Positions 50,001 through 59,232 of a stretch of 64,000 bases of DNA are shown in pieces. This DNA is from Bacteroidota bacterium. GTDB lineage: Bacteria; Bacteroidota; Bacteroidia; UKL13-3. How positions within the stretch are numbered: position 1 is the first letter of the stretch; every line of letters begins with the position of its first letter. The stretch is from NCBI GenBank assembly GCA_947485745.1, contig CANKQY010000001.1, positions 742 to 64,741 on the forward strand. Reading direction: 5' to 3'. The translations under genes and the position numbers were made by a program. A model generated the notes under the pieces. It was given only the letters and a program-made list of their open reading frames with translations. It was not told the origin of the DNA and made no database searches.

Positions 50001-51081
50001 AATTTCCTGCTAAGATATTGTTCTTAAATAACAAGGTATCATTTTGATGCTTGTTTACACTTCTAGCACCGTCGATAAATAAACCATCAGGGAAACCCAT
50101 AACGATTGAATTAAATAATCCTATTTGAGAATTTCTTCTGATACGAGCTCCGTTTTGGAATGAATTTGAATAACCTAAGGCAGTACCGTTGGCCAAAGGA
50201 CCAACTACAGTAATATTAGAAAAAGTTGCATCCGTATAAGGAGTAGCTTCAGTACCTGTTGCATCATTATCTGATTCAAAACCATTTGTAGTTGGGCCTG
50301 AACCAATATCAAATAAAGCAGAATCTCTTTGTACAATAGCAAATTGAATTTTACCACTGAAACCAAAATCTGTATCTAAATCATCATCCACATTTCTATG
50401 AGAAACCAAATATTTAGCATTTACATTTCCACCAAACCACTCAAATCCATCGTCATCTGCAAATGAAACCTGAATGTGATCCATGTTAGTTCCTCTACCA
50501 ACACCACCCATGGTTAAACCATTGATTTCGTTTCCAGGAGTAATTACTGTTCCTGCAAATTCTATTCTTACATATCTAAATGTACCTGAACTGTGGTTGT
50601 TATCTGTTCCACCATATAAAGCATCACCAGCAGCATTGTCCAAATCGCCTTCAATTGCATTTTGAATACCAGCTTCACCTGATGCTACTGAAGCACCTGG
50701 GCAAGTAGTACAATCTGTAGGTCTGTTGATAATTGCTTTACCAAGAATAACAATACCACCCCAATCGCCTTTGTTACGCAAACCTGTTGCTTTTTCTGAA
50801 GTAAAAACAATTGGTCTTGCTAAAGTTCCATTGGCTTGAATACTGCCATTTCTGGTAATAATTAGCGTAGACTTATTACCCGCTTTACCTTTAATGATAG
50901 TACCAGGCTGAATAGTCAATGTTGCGTTATTTTTTACAAACACATAACCATCTAAGGTATAAATGGTATCGCTAAAAAATGTAGTATTAGCAGTAATAGC
51001 ACCACTAATGGTTCTGGCCTTTTGTGCCAGTGAAAACAAGGAAATTAAACAACCCAATAATAATAGGTTAAACTTTTTCAT
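47080..51081 (-). CDS. Large secreted protein (1333 aa) with two tandem ~430-aa duplicated beta-helix-like modules, PKD domains and T9SS type-A CTD
   Basis: Signal peptide. Modules beginning …TIQPGTIIKG…PIVFTS…RNKGDWGG.VILGKAIINRPTDCTTCPGASVA… occur twice. PKD-like segment …YLWNFGEGNTSTNSSPSHTY…. C-terminus …YAVYPNPTSDLVNVSF…GMYFVRINSGESTVNTRLVIVR. Confidence 0.85.
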   Translation of the reverse strand: MKKFNLLLLGCLISLFSLAQKARTISGAITANTTFFSDTIYTLDGYVFVKNNATLTIQPGTIIKGKAGNKSTLIITRNGSIQANGTLARPIVFTSEKATGLRNKGDWGGIVILGKAIINRPTDCTTCPGASVASGEAGIQNAIEGDLDNAAGDALYGGTDNNHSSGTFRYVRIEFAGTVITPGNEINGLTMGGVGRGTNMDHIQVSFADDDGFEWFGGNVNAKYLVSHRNVDDDLDTDFGFSGKIQFAIVQRDSALFDIGSGPTTNGFESDNDATGTEATPYTDATFSNITVVGPLANGTALGYSNSFQNGARIRRNSQIGLFNSIVMGFPDGLFIDGARSVNKHQNDTLLFKNNILAGNLRAINGTTTGGSNGPLTRAKVFASANDSIFSATGVLSNPFAYTNPNFTPAGSSAALTGASFTGTKISDPFFESTAYRGAMGASDWTKCWCNFDPQTADYSVGNINNMPLVYDAGKDSAICSGRSLTIGQTLTGSMKASWTPSAGLSSATASRPSANPTVTTKYFVTVTDTVTGCFLTDSILVTVNPTPAANFTAANGAAGLVNFTNTSTNGVTYLWNFGEGNTSTNSSPSHTYLANGVYNVTLTATNGVCLNATSRQVSVTGIASPVRAITGDITGNTTFYNDSIYVLNGYTYVKNNAVLTIQPGTIIKGGANKACLIITRNASIIANGTKNQPIVFTSSKAAGTRNKGDWGGLVILGKAIINRPTDCTTCPGASVAASETGIQNAVEGDLDNAAGDALYGGNDDNHSSGSLKYVRVEYAGTVITPGNEINGLTMGGVGKGTTLEYIQVSFADDDGFEWFGGNVNAKYLVSHRNVDDDLDTDFGYSGKIQFAIVQRDSALFDIGSGPTTNGFESDNDASGTEAKPYTDATFSNVTVLGPLANGTPLSYANSFQNGARIRRNSQMSLFNSIIMGFPDGVFIDGARSVNKHQNDTLLFKNNILAGNLRAINGTSTGGSNGALTRSKVFANANDSIAAAFGVLVDPFNYTNPVFAPAASSPASTGASFTGSKISDSYFTPTSFRGAMGSNPDSNWTNCWCNFNPQLETYASSPINNPSATASFTAPANSATLKVDFLNSSSNATTYFWDFGVIGNADTSSAMNPSFTYPANGTYTVTLVAKSKCGNATTSKTVVINDLSILPVVDFTYTKNTTTGSNEFTFTNTTVEKGLTISYKWYFGDGATAVTKNAVHSYTTKGDYVVSLVAEHVYGKDSVTKTIKAIPTSITEVNGAFANYAVYPNPTSDLVNVSFTLNSSNMVSVQLLDITGKLVVGTEVAKYSVGSNQITLGTAGLPQGMYFVRINSGESTVNTRLVIVR

Positions 51082-51177
51082 ATGATAGTGTAATTTGTTA
51101 ATACAAAATTAACAGCACATTGTTGGTTCAGTGTTAACTTAAGATTACTAAAATGTTAAGTGTTGAAAATTTATACT

Positions 51178-51213
51178 AAAAAAAGGGCCCCATTCACCAG
51201 TGAATGAGGCCTT
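51178..51213 (-). terminator. Rho-independent terminator of the TonB-dependent receptor gene
   Basis: The minus strand reads GGCCTCATTCACTGGTGAATGGGGCCC followed by TTTTTT. Confidence 0.6.
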
Positions 51214-51261
51214 TATTGAATGCAGTTGTTGAACCAACTTCAAAATTAGAAAAATGTTTTT

Positions 51262-54186
51262 TTAAAATTTATAGCTCACGCTCATTGAAACATTGTAACC
51301 CATTTTATACCTAAAAACTACATTGTCCATTTCTAATCTCTGCTGACTAGTTGATACGCCAGTATTCACCAACATCTCTTTATTGAAGGTATCCAATTTT
51401 CCATTGTCGTTGTTATCTTGATAGAAAACTAAGTCTTGAGCCAACAAATCATTGATAGAAAACTTAACATCCAAGCCTTTAACAATTCTTTTTGAAACTG
51501 AAAAATCTATAACAGTTCTTGGATTTTCCCATAAATCTGGAACCTCGCCATTCTTTGCCCTAACAAAAGAAATTCTTCTTCCTACCCTATTCACAAACAA
51601 GGCGGCAGATAAAGCTGTTTTAGGCTCATAATATTGCAAACTTGTGTTCAATATATAAGGTGATTGTCCTTGCAATGGGCGTGAACCAAATTTACTCAAT
51701 GAAACTGATTCGTCTAACACAACTTTCGAAAATATATAAGCATAGTTACAAGTAAACGACATGTTTCTCATCCATTTGGTATCTGCCCATTCATCTACAA
51801 AACCAAAGTTTTTTCTTAGCTCCAATTCAAATCCGTAGTTATTGGCTTTTGCATCACTTGAATAACCTTGTGTTGCATCACTACCAATAAACTCATACAC
51901 ATTTTCAATAGGATTTTTGAAATCTTTATAGAATAATGAAAACGACATTAACTGTCCTTCACCTGGATAATACTCAAACCTTAAATCGTAGTTTTGAATC
52001 CTCGACCTTACCAAAGAAGGCTTACCAGTTACAACTGTGTTTAAATTAAAATCGAAAAATGAGAAAGGTGCAATTTCACGAAACTCAGGACGAGCAACCG
52101 ATTTAAATGCTGAAGCCCTGATATTAACTTTATCAGTTAGCTCATAAGTTAAATTAATGGATGGCAACCAATCATTAAAAATTGTATCACCAGAGATTGG
52201 CTGAGGCGGATTACTGTTTAATGCGAACGAATTTAATTTTTGGTTATACGATTCAAACCTTACTCCATAAACTGCTCTTATTCTGCCATAAATTCTTTGG
52301 TCGAGCATTAAATAACCTGCCTTTAAATTAGAGCTAGCAGTATAAACATCTTGCGCACGAAAATCTTCATCGAAATAAAAATTCTCATTATATTCTTTAC
52401 TCAAGAACATTGTATCTAAAGATCCTTCTAAGAATTTGTTTCTTTCTAAACCTGATAACTTTAAAATAGGAGCAAAAGCACGCGCTTCAAAATCCCTGCG
52501 TCTACTTTGAATAAATCCACCCACCTTAGCTTCTGTTTTTACTTTCTTCCCTGAGGCAAATTCCAACCCTCTTGATAAATCTATACCTGCACTCTGTATT
52601 ACTTCATTTAAGCTAGAGTAAAATCTTCCCATTTGGGTAATATCAGGATTGCTGTTTGTAATCTTTGCAGCATAAGGTGTGTAAGTACCCGTGCCTGCAT
52701 CCATTAAAGTTGAGAAAGTAGAAAACCTCCTAAAATCAGGTATTTGCCTATCAATAATATTATTGTTTAATACCCACTTAACTTTAGTTTTATAGCCAGT
52801 TAAATAGTGCTCCCCAATTAACTGAGAAGTTAATAATTTACTTTGAGAGAAATTATAATAGGTATTTCTAACCAATGGCATTTGCTCACTGGTATAATCA
52901 TCAAAACCAGATCTAAGAATAGTTTGATCCTCTCCATTAATCGTAAATGCATTTTTAAAACTAATCTTGTGGTTATTTCCAATTTTGTAACCAAAGTTGG
53001 CCATAATTCCCATCAAGGTTTCGTTCTTGGTGATGGTATCTTGGTAGCTTCTTGTAATTTGATTGTCATTCGCATCAATTGGTCTGTTGAATTGATTTCT
53101 TTCAACATAAGAATTCTTCATTGAGTTACTGTAACTGGCAGAAATAATAAATCCAAATTGGTCTTTTTTTCTAACAATATAGCTGTTACCTCCAGCCAAT
53201 TGAAAGGAGTAGTTTAATGGCAAAGAACTAATTTTCTGGGTTTTCCAATCGTCGTTGAACTTTTGACTACTACTAATTTTTTCTTCTATAGTCTGACCAT
53301 TATATGAACCTCTTTCAGGTATTCCACTTGGGATGGTGCGTGTACCATCATCAATTCCCAACCAATCTGTTTTGCCTCCATTATAAGTATTACCTTCTTT
53401 AAAAGTTGAAATACTGTGGTATGAAGCGCCAATAGAAGTTGAAGTAAATTTCTTATCAGGAATATCTTTTGTATTGATAGTAATTAAACCTCCCGAAAAG
53501 TCCCCTGGTAGATCAGGTGTAGCAGATTTATTGATAACCATATTGTCCAACATATTGGAAGGAATGATATCAAATGAAAATGCTTTTCTATCACTCTCCG
53601 AACTTGGCAATGGAGCGCCATTTATATAAGCAGTATTATAACGGTCGTTTAAGCCTCTGATAATTGCAAACTTATTGTCTTGGATAGAAGCACCACTTAC
53701 TCTCTTCATTACATCACCTGTGGTGGCATCAGGGGTCTTCTTAATCATATCCGCCGATACGCCATCAGAAATAGAGGTACTTTTCTTTTGTTGAATCAAC
53801 AAAGCACTGGCGGTTTCTCTTTTCAAATCAGCCTGAATAACAACTTCGTTTAACTCTTTTTGAGATTCTTCAAGACTAATGGAAACGTTGGTAATCTCGC
53901 CAGATTTAACCTCTATGCCTTTTAATGTTTTTTTGGAATACGACACATAACTAGCTATTAAATTGTAAAGGCCAGGTTTAACATTACTAATCATAAAATT
54001 ACCTTCATAATCTGTGGCAGCACCAAAGCTTGTACCCTCAATTACAATAGTAACTCCAATAAGCTCTTCCCCAGTTTTCTTGTCAATTACCTTTCCACCA
54101 ATTTTTCCATTAGTCTGAGCAAAAGTAGGCAATGCCATAAAAGCTAAGAAAATGAAGGCCAGTAATGTTAGTATTTTGTTTTTCAA
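51262..54186 (-). CDS. TonB-dependent receptor with N-terminal carboxypeptidase-regulatory-like domain (974 aa)
   Basis: Signal peptide. A CarbopepD_reg-like region (GKVIDKKTGEELIGVTIVIEGTSFGAATDYEGNFMIS), a plug domain, a long beta-barrel and a C-terminal …VSYKF. Confidence 0.85.
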   Translation of the reverse strand: MKNKILTLLAFIFLAFMALPTFAQTNGKIGGKVIDKKTGEELIGVTIVIEGTSFGAATDYEGNFMISNVKPGLYNLIASYVSYSKKTLKGIEVKSGEITNVSISLEESQKELNEVVIQADLKRETASALLIQQKKSTSISDGVSADMIKKTPDATTGDVMKRVSGASIQDNKFAIIRGLNDRYNTAYINGAPLPSSESDRKAFSFDIIPSNMLDNMVINKSATPDLPGDFSGGLITINTKDIPDKKFTSTSIGASYHSISTFKEGNTYNGGKTDWLGIDDGTRTIPSGIPERGSYNGQTIEEKISSSQKFNDDWKTQKISSLPLNYSFQLAGGNSYIVRKKDQFGFIISASYSNSMKNSYVERNQFNRPIDANDNQITRSYQDTITKNETLMGIMANFGYKIGNNHKISFKNAFTINGEDQTILRSGFDDYTSEQMPLVRNTYYNFSQSKLLTSQLIGEHYLTGYKTKVKWVLNNNIIDRQIPDFRRFSTFSTLMDAGTGTYTPYAAKITNSNPDITQMGRFYSSLNEVIQSAGIDLSRGLEFASGKKVKTEAKVGGFIQSRRRDFEARAFAPILKLSGLERNKFLEGSLDTMFLSKEYNENFYFDEDFRAQDVYTASSNLKAGYLMLDQRIYGRIRAVYGVRFESYNQKLNSFALNSNPPQPISGDTIFNDWLPSINLTYELTDKVNIRASAFKSVARPEFREIAPFSFFDFNLNTVVTGKPSLVRSRIQNYDLRFEYYPGEGQLMSFSLFYKDFKNPIENVYEFIGSDATQGYSSDAKANNYGFELELRKNFGFVDEWADTKWMRNMSFTCNYAYIFSKVVLDESVSLSKFGSRPLQGQSPYILNTSLQYYEPKTALSAALFVNRVGRRISFVRAKNGEVPDLWENPRTVIDFSVSKRIVKGLDVKFSINDLLAQDLVFYQDNNDNGKLDTFNKEMLVNTGVSTSQQRLEMDNVVFRYKMGYNVSMSVSYKF

Positions 54187-54327
54187 TTCTATGTCTGTTT
54201 AGAAATTGCATCGAAATTACTTTTAGTTCATTACCAAAATGTTACTCCCTTGTTAGAAAAATGTTATTTCAATGTTAAAGTAATATTAACACTATTGTAA
54301 ATCAATTAAATACAAATAACATTTAGC

Positions 54328-55518
54328 TTACTTGATTATCCCTAGCTCATTACCAACCTTTTTAAAGGCAGCTATGGCCTGATCCAAATGATGGCGCTCA
54401 TGTCCTGCACTAATTTGAACGCGGATTCTGGCCTGACCTTTTGGAACCACCGGAAAATAAAATCCTACTACATACACGCCTTCTTCTAAAAGTTTAGCGG
54501 CAAAATCTTGAGAAAGTTTGGCATCGTATAACATCACTGGAACAATTGGGTGTTCACCTGGCTTGATATCAAATCCAGCTTCGGTCATCTCTTTTCTAAA
54601 ATATTGTGTACTCTCCCAAAGTTTATCGCGAAGTGCTGTGGTTTCGGTTAGCATATCTAATACCTCTATGCTTGCACCAACAATTGCAGGAGCCAATGTA
54701 TTTGAAAATAAATAAGGTCTACTTCTTTGGCGTAAAATATCAATGACCTCTTTGCGGCCGCTTGTAAAGCCACCCATAGCGCCGCCTAAGGCTTTGCCCA
54801 AGGTTCCTGTTATGATATCAATCTTTCCAAGTACGTCTCTGTATTCATGAGTACCTCTACCATTGGCTCCCATAAAACCACTTGCATGGCATTCATCAAT
54901 CATAATCAATGAATTGTATTTTTCGGCCAAGGCAACTATGTGATCCAATTGCGCAATGGTGCCATCCATACTAAACACACCATCGGTAACAATAATTCTA
55001 TTTCTACAATGTTGAGTAGCTTTTAGTTTCTCTTCCAAATCTGCCATGTTATTGTGCTCATAGCGGTGACGCTCAGCCTTGCACAAGCGAACGCCATCAA
55101 TGATACTGGCATGGTTCAATGCATCGCTTATGATGGCATCTTGCTCATTAAACAATGGCTCAAATACACCACCATTTGCATCAAATGCCGCCGCATAGAG
55201 TATGGTGTCTTCCGTTCCTAAAAAAGAAGCTAATTTACTTTCTAAGGTTTTATGTATATCCTGTGTTCCGCAAATGAAACGAACAGAGCTCAAGCCATAG
55301 CCATGGGTATCTATGGTTTTTTTAGCTGCTTCAAGTACTCGCGGGTGAGATGATAATCCCAAATAATTATTGGCACAAAAGACCAAGACCTTTTTACCAT
55401 TTTGCATGGTTGCCTCTGCACCTTGTGGTGAAGCTATGATGCGTTCGCGTTTGAATAATCCTGCCGACTCAATTTCGTTGAGTTCTGTTTGTAATTGCTG
55501 CTGTAATTGTCCGTACAT
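54328..55518 (-). CDS. kbl: 2-amino-3-ketobutyrate CoA ligase (glycine C-acetyltransferase)
   Basis: Collinear, high similarity to E. coli Kbl along the whole length (…FCANNYLGL…VRFICGTQD…ALNHASIIDGVRLCKA…TGTLGKALGG…RSRPYLFSN…). The true start is MYGQL… at 55518, ten codons inside the ORF-track start. Confidence 0.9.
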   Translation of the reverse strand: MYGQLQQQLQTELNEIESAGLFKRERIIASPQGAEATMQNGKKVLVFCANNYLGLSSHPRVLEAAKKTIDTHGYGLSSVRFICGTQDIHKTLESKLASFLGTEDTILYAAAFDANGGVFEPLFNEQDAIISDALNHASIIDGVRLCKAERHRYEHNNMADLEEKLKATQHCRNRIIVTDGVFSMDGTIAQLDHIVALAEKYNSLIMIDECHASGFMGANGRGTHEYRDVLGKIDIITGTLGKALGGAMGGFTSGRKEVIDILRQRSRPYLFSNTLAPAIVGASIEVLDMLTETTALRDKLWESTQYFRKEMTEAGFDIKPGEHPIVPVMLYDAKLSQDFAAKLLEEGVYVVGFYFPVVPKGQARIRVQISAGHERHHLDQAIAAFKKVGNELGIIK

Positions 55519-55585
55519 AGTGCTCAAATTTTGTACGAAATTATACAAATTCTATTGCAAGACACCAGAATATTGAAATATGACC

Positions 55586-57877
55586 TTATTCCTCCACCAA
55601 AAACTTTGCAACGTATTGATTTCCTTTATTATCAGCACTTCTAATAATATAAAATCCTGGTTTAAATTGGTTCAAACCGATACTTGTTTCGTATGCATTC
55701 ATGCTGCCAGTTGCGAAATTATTCCCTAAAATATCATAAACCACGTAAGGCATTTCTTGCATGTTTTTATCTGTGCGAATCGTTAAATTGGTTCGAGCCG
55801 GATTTGGATACAATACCCAATTGCTTGCTTGATTAACTTGTGTTTGAAGCCCGCTAATAACACCTTTAATTTCCGTAGTATACAAGCGCACTCCACCACG
55901 CGAATTGCCAATCATTAACTCAGGTTTATTGTCGCCATCCAAATCAAAAGTAGTAGCCGATGTTTTTGGTCCGAACGATAAATTACTTGGCGCAACCCCT
56001 GCCCCATCCGAATAAGTATTCTCCACCTCCTCGCAAACTCTACTGGCACTTGCTTCAAAATTTCTGTATAAAAATACCCTACCCAAATCACATCCTACCA
56101 ATACTTCGTATTTGCCATCCTTGTCTAAATCGCAAACATGAGGAATGGAATAACCATCAAAATAATAGGGAACACCACCACTCATGATTTTTTCGGCCAC
56201 TGTAATTTTACCAATAGAATCAATGCTTGGTGCCGACGTGAAATTTGGGGCAGTTGTGGTTCCAGCATTTTCAAAGTAAGCCAAAGTACCATTTTTACGT
56301 CCCATTACAATATCCAACTTGCCATCTTTGTTTAAATCTACCAATTGAGGGGCAGCACTTGTGCCACCAAAAATGCTGAAGTAATCGTTGCTTTGTTTGT
56401 TAAAAGTAATGTTGGTTCCAACAGTTGTATTTTGAAAATAATGCATTTTGCCATTTAAATCGCCAATCAATAAATCGGGTTTATTATCCCCATTTAAATC
56501 GCCAAAAGTTGGCACCATTCTTTGTATTTTAATAGCTCCACCGTTGATGTTTAAAAAGTTGGAATCTGTTAAAACAAAGTTTGCTTTGGTGGAGGTTCCC
56601 AAATTTTTAAACAAATAGAGCCTATCATTGCTGTTGAATGTTTGGGTATATTCTCCTTGTGTAGATATAACCAAATCCTGGTCGCCATCAACATCAATGT
56701 CTACAAAAACAGGAATGCTCCCTCCGCCTAAATCTAGCATTTGACCAACTAAAAAAGTACTGTTTTGATAGGTAAAATTTGGAACCGTTACTGTGCCTGT
56801 ATTTTTATAGTACATTACTTGATCTTTGTTCTTAGCTGCACTTTCTGCATTAGGGGCAATCAACATGTCTTTCTTGCCATCACCATCCACATCTAAAATA
56901 AAAGAGGCTGGGAATGTTTCCATTTTGGCCTGAACCGAATTTTTAGGAAACAAAGTATCTTGAGATAGCATAGAATCTCTGCCTAAAGGACTAATACTTC
57001 TTCCGTTCTCCAAATAAATCAATGATGGAAAGCCAACATCACCATAAATCAAATCTTTGTCGCCATCATTATCTGCATCAAATAAAGTTAAGGTTGTACC
57101 ATTGTGTTTGGCAGTTTTATAATTGCGGTAACAAGCACTCTTATCATTTAATAAAAAGGCGTTGGTATTTACTAGGTACGACATATAACCCCAGCATTCA
57201 TCTCTAAATAAAAATTTCAATGAATCGCAATTAAAGCCCATTTCTTTACTTTGATTTTGGTAATAGGTAATTACATTTTTTCCAGTTGGCATAATGAGCA
57301 TGTCCATATCGCCATCGCCATCAATATCATTAAAAGCAGAAATATCCGAATTGGAAACCGAAATATTACTTGGAGGTAAAACATCTAAGCCAATATCCAT
57401 TAGCTGATTTTTATCTTGTTTCCATTTTAAATTACCAGCTACAGTGCTTACGTTCCTTATCACTCTTATACCATTGGAAGAAATAAATTTATCTTTTTCG
57501 GGCTGCGCATTGTAATCAACTTCAGTAATAATATCTTCTTTTCCATCGCAATTATAATCGTATAATACTGCCCATTTATATAACTGCGGAAATTGACTTT
57601 CATAAGCTGGAGTATACACATAATTTCCATTACTAAACACATAGGTCATTACCTTGCTGCCTATTCTATCAAAAACAAATAGGTCTTTGATCCCATCTCC
57701 ATTTAAATCAATTTTTGAAAATTGAGGGGCATTTAATCCTCCAGTAAAGGGAAACTTCAAGGTATCGGCGCCATTGAAACTTAGGCTCGCCTTGTTGCTT
57801 AAATTAAATTGAACAGGTTGTGCAAAAATGAAAAAGGGTATAATAACTGTTAACAAAAGTATATTGTATTTTCTCAT
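55586..57877 (-). CDS. FG-GAP/VCBS-repeat protein with T9SS type-A CTD (763 aa)
   Basis: Signal peptide. Repeated D.DGDG..D… calcium-binding FG-GAP-like units (IDLNGDGIKDLFVFD, DADNDGDKDLIYGD, DVDGDGKKDMLIA…). C-terminus …WVLYPNPARTNLTI…GFYIIRSADNKGNQYVAKFLVEE. Confidence 0.8.
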   Translation of the reverse strand: MRKYNILLLTVIIPFFIFAQPVQFNLSNKASLSFNGADTLKFPFTGGLNAPQFSKIDLNGDGIKDLFVFDRIGSKVMTYVFSNGNYVYTPAYESQFPQLYKWAVLYDYNCDGKEDIITEVDYNAQPEKDKFISSNGIRVIRNVSTVAGNLKWKQDKNQLMDIGLDVLPPSNISVSNSDISAFNDIDGDGDMDMLIMPTGKNVITYYQNQSKEMGFNCDSLKFLFRDECWGYMSYLVNTNAFLLNDKSACYRNYKTAKHNGTTLTLFDADNDGDKDLIYGDVGFPSLIYLENGRSISPLGRDSMLSQDTLFPKNSVQAKMETFPASFILDVDGDGKKDMLIAPNAESAAKNKDQVMYYKNTGTVTVPNFTYQNSTFLVGQMLDLGGGSIPVFVDIDVDGDQDLVISTQGEYTQTFNSNDRLYLFKNLGTSTKANFVLTDSNFLNINGGAIKIQRMVPTFGDLNGDNKPDLLIGDLNGKMHYFQNTTVGTNITFNKQSNDYFSIFGGTSAAPQLVDLNKDGKLDIVMGRKNGTLAYFENAGTTTAPNFTSAPSIDSIGKITVAEKIMSGGVPYYFDGYSIPHVCDLDKDGKYEVLVGCDLGRVFLYRNFEASASRVCEEVENTYSDGAGVAPSNLSFGPKTSATTFDLDGDNKPELMIGNSRGGVRLYTTEIKGVISGLQTQVNQASNWVLYPNPARTNLTIRTDKNMQEMPYVVYDILGNNFATGSMNAYETSIGLNQFKPGFYIIRSADNKGNQYVAKFLVEE

Positions 57878-57942
57878 GGCAAGCTTAATTTTGATGCAAT
57901 TTACTGATTCAAATTTAATTTAACTCTTTATTAATCCTTAAA

Positions 57943-59232
57943 ATGACCCTAACTGAAATATACGAGATATACCTTCAACATACTGATGTTTGCACAGATA
58001 CAAGAAAACTGAGCAAAGGCTGTTTATTTTTTGCTTTAAGAGGAGATAATTTCAATGGTAATAAATTTGCGGAACAAGCCTTAAACGAAGGTGCAGCCTA
58101 CTGTATCATTGATGAGCCAGCATACGCCATTGATAAAAAATGCATTTTAGTAAATGATGTTTTAAGTACACTTCAAGATTTAGCAAAACACCACAGGCAA
58201 CAACTCAATCTTCCTGTAATAGCCATCGTTGGTTCAAACGGAAAAACAACTACCAAGGAATTAATAAGTTCTGTATTACAAACCCAATTCCAAGTATTGA
58301 GTACACCTGGCAATTTTAATAACCACATTGGCTTGCCCTTAACTTTATTGATGTTGAATAAAACACATCAAATAGCAGTAATTGAAATGGGCGCTAATCA
58401 TGAAAATGAAAACGCTTTATTGTGCGAAATTGCTTGTCCTAGTCATGGCCTAATTACCAATAACGGTAAAGACCACCTCGAAGGATTTGGAAGCTTGGAA
58501 GGCGTTATTAATTCGAATGCCGAGCTATTTAGTTATTTACACGAACACAAAGGAATAGCCTTTGTAAATGGCGCAGATGAGGTATTGATGCAAAAAAGTA
58601 GTACCATTAAAAACCGCATTATTTATCAAAACAGTGAGCATGAAAAAATTGATGTACATCATACATACATTAAAGCAAACTCCCTTCAACCACAAATAAA
58701 TTTTGCCATAGAAAGTACTGCAATTGCCAGTAATTTAAGTGGCGATTATAATTTTGATAACATATTAGCAGCAGTGAGTATTGGCTTGCATTTTGGCCTG
58801 AACCCAACAGCAATTAAACTTGGAATTGAAAGCTACGAGCCCAAAAATTTGCGCTCGCAATTGATAGAAAAAGAACACAACAAAATATTCTTAGATGCTT
58901 ACAACGCCAATCCCAGCAGCATGGAAGCCAGCATCAGGAATTTTATGGCCATGCCCGGAAACAATAAATTGCTCATCTTAGGAGATATGTTTGAACTGGG
59001 AAAATACGAAGCAGAAGAGCACCAAAACTTGGTTACTTTCTGCGAAAATTTAGGCGTAAAAGAGGCAATTCTAGTTGGAAAAGCATTTTACAAAACACAA
59101 AGCCATTACAAAAAATTTGAAGAAACAGTTGAAGTATCCAATTACTTAAAGGCCTCTCCTGTTCAAGATAAATTTGTGTTCTTAAAAGGCTCAAGAGGCA
59201 TGAAAATAGAGAGCTTAATAGAGGCATTGTAA
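57943..59232 (+). CDS. murF: UDP-N-acetylmuramoyl-tripeptide--D-alanyl-D-alanine ligase
   Basis: Mur ligase motifs: …IAIVGSNGKTTTKELI…, a central domain and a C-terminal domain. 429 aa. Confidence 0.85.
   Translation: MTLTEIYEIYLQHTDVCTDTRKLSKGCLFFALRGDNFNGNKFAEQALNEGAAYCIIDEPAYAIDKKCILVNDVLSTLQDLAKHHRQQLNLPVIAIVGSNGKTTTKELISSVLQTQFQVLSTPGNFNNHIGLPLTLLMLNKTHQIAVIEMGANHENENALLCEIACPSHGLITNNGKDHLEGFGSLEGVINSNAELFSYLHEHKGIAFVNGADEVLMQKSSTIKNRIIYQNSEHEKIDVHHTYIKANSLQPQINFAIESTAIASNLSGDYNFDNILAAVSIGLHFGLNPTAIKLGIESYEPKNLRSQLIEKEHNKIFLDAYNANPSSMEASIRNFMAMPGNNKLLILGDMFELGKYEAEEHQNLVTFCENLGVKEAILVGKAFYKTQSHYKKFEETVEVSNYLKASPVQDKFVFLKGSRGMKIESLIEAL

Noticed and set aside
47080-51081. Two separate ~600-aa genes instead of one 1333-aa gene
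   Set aside because: The frame is continuous with no internal stop, and a single signal peptide and single C-terminal CTD bracket both repeat modules.
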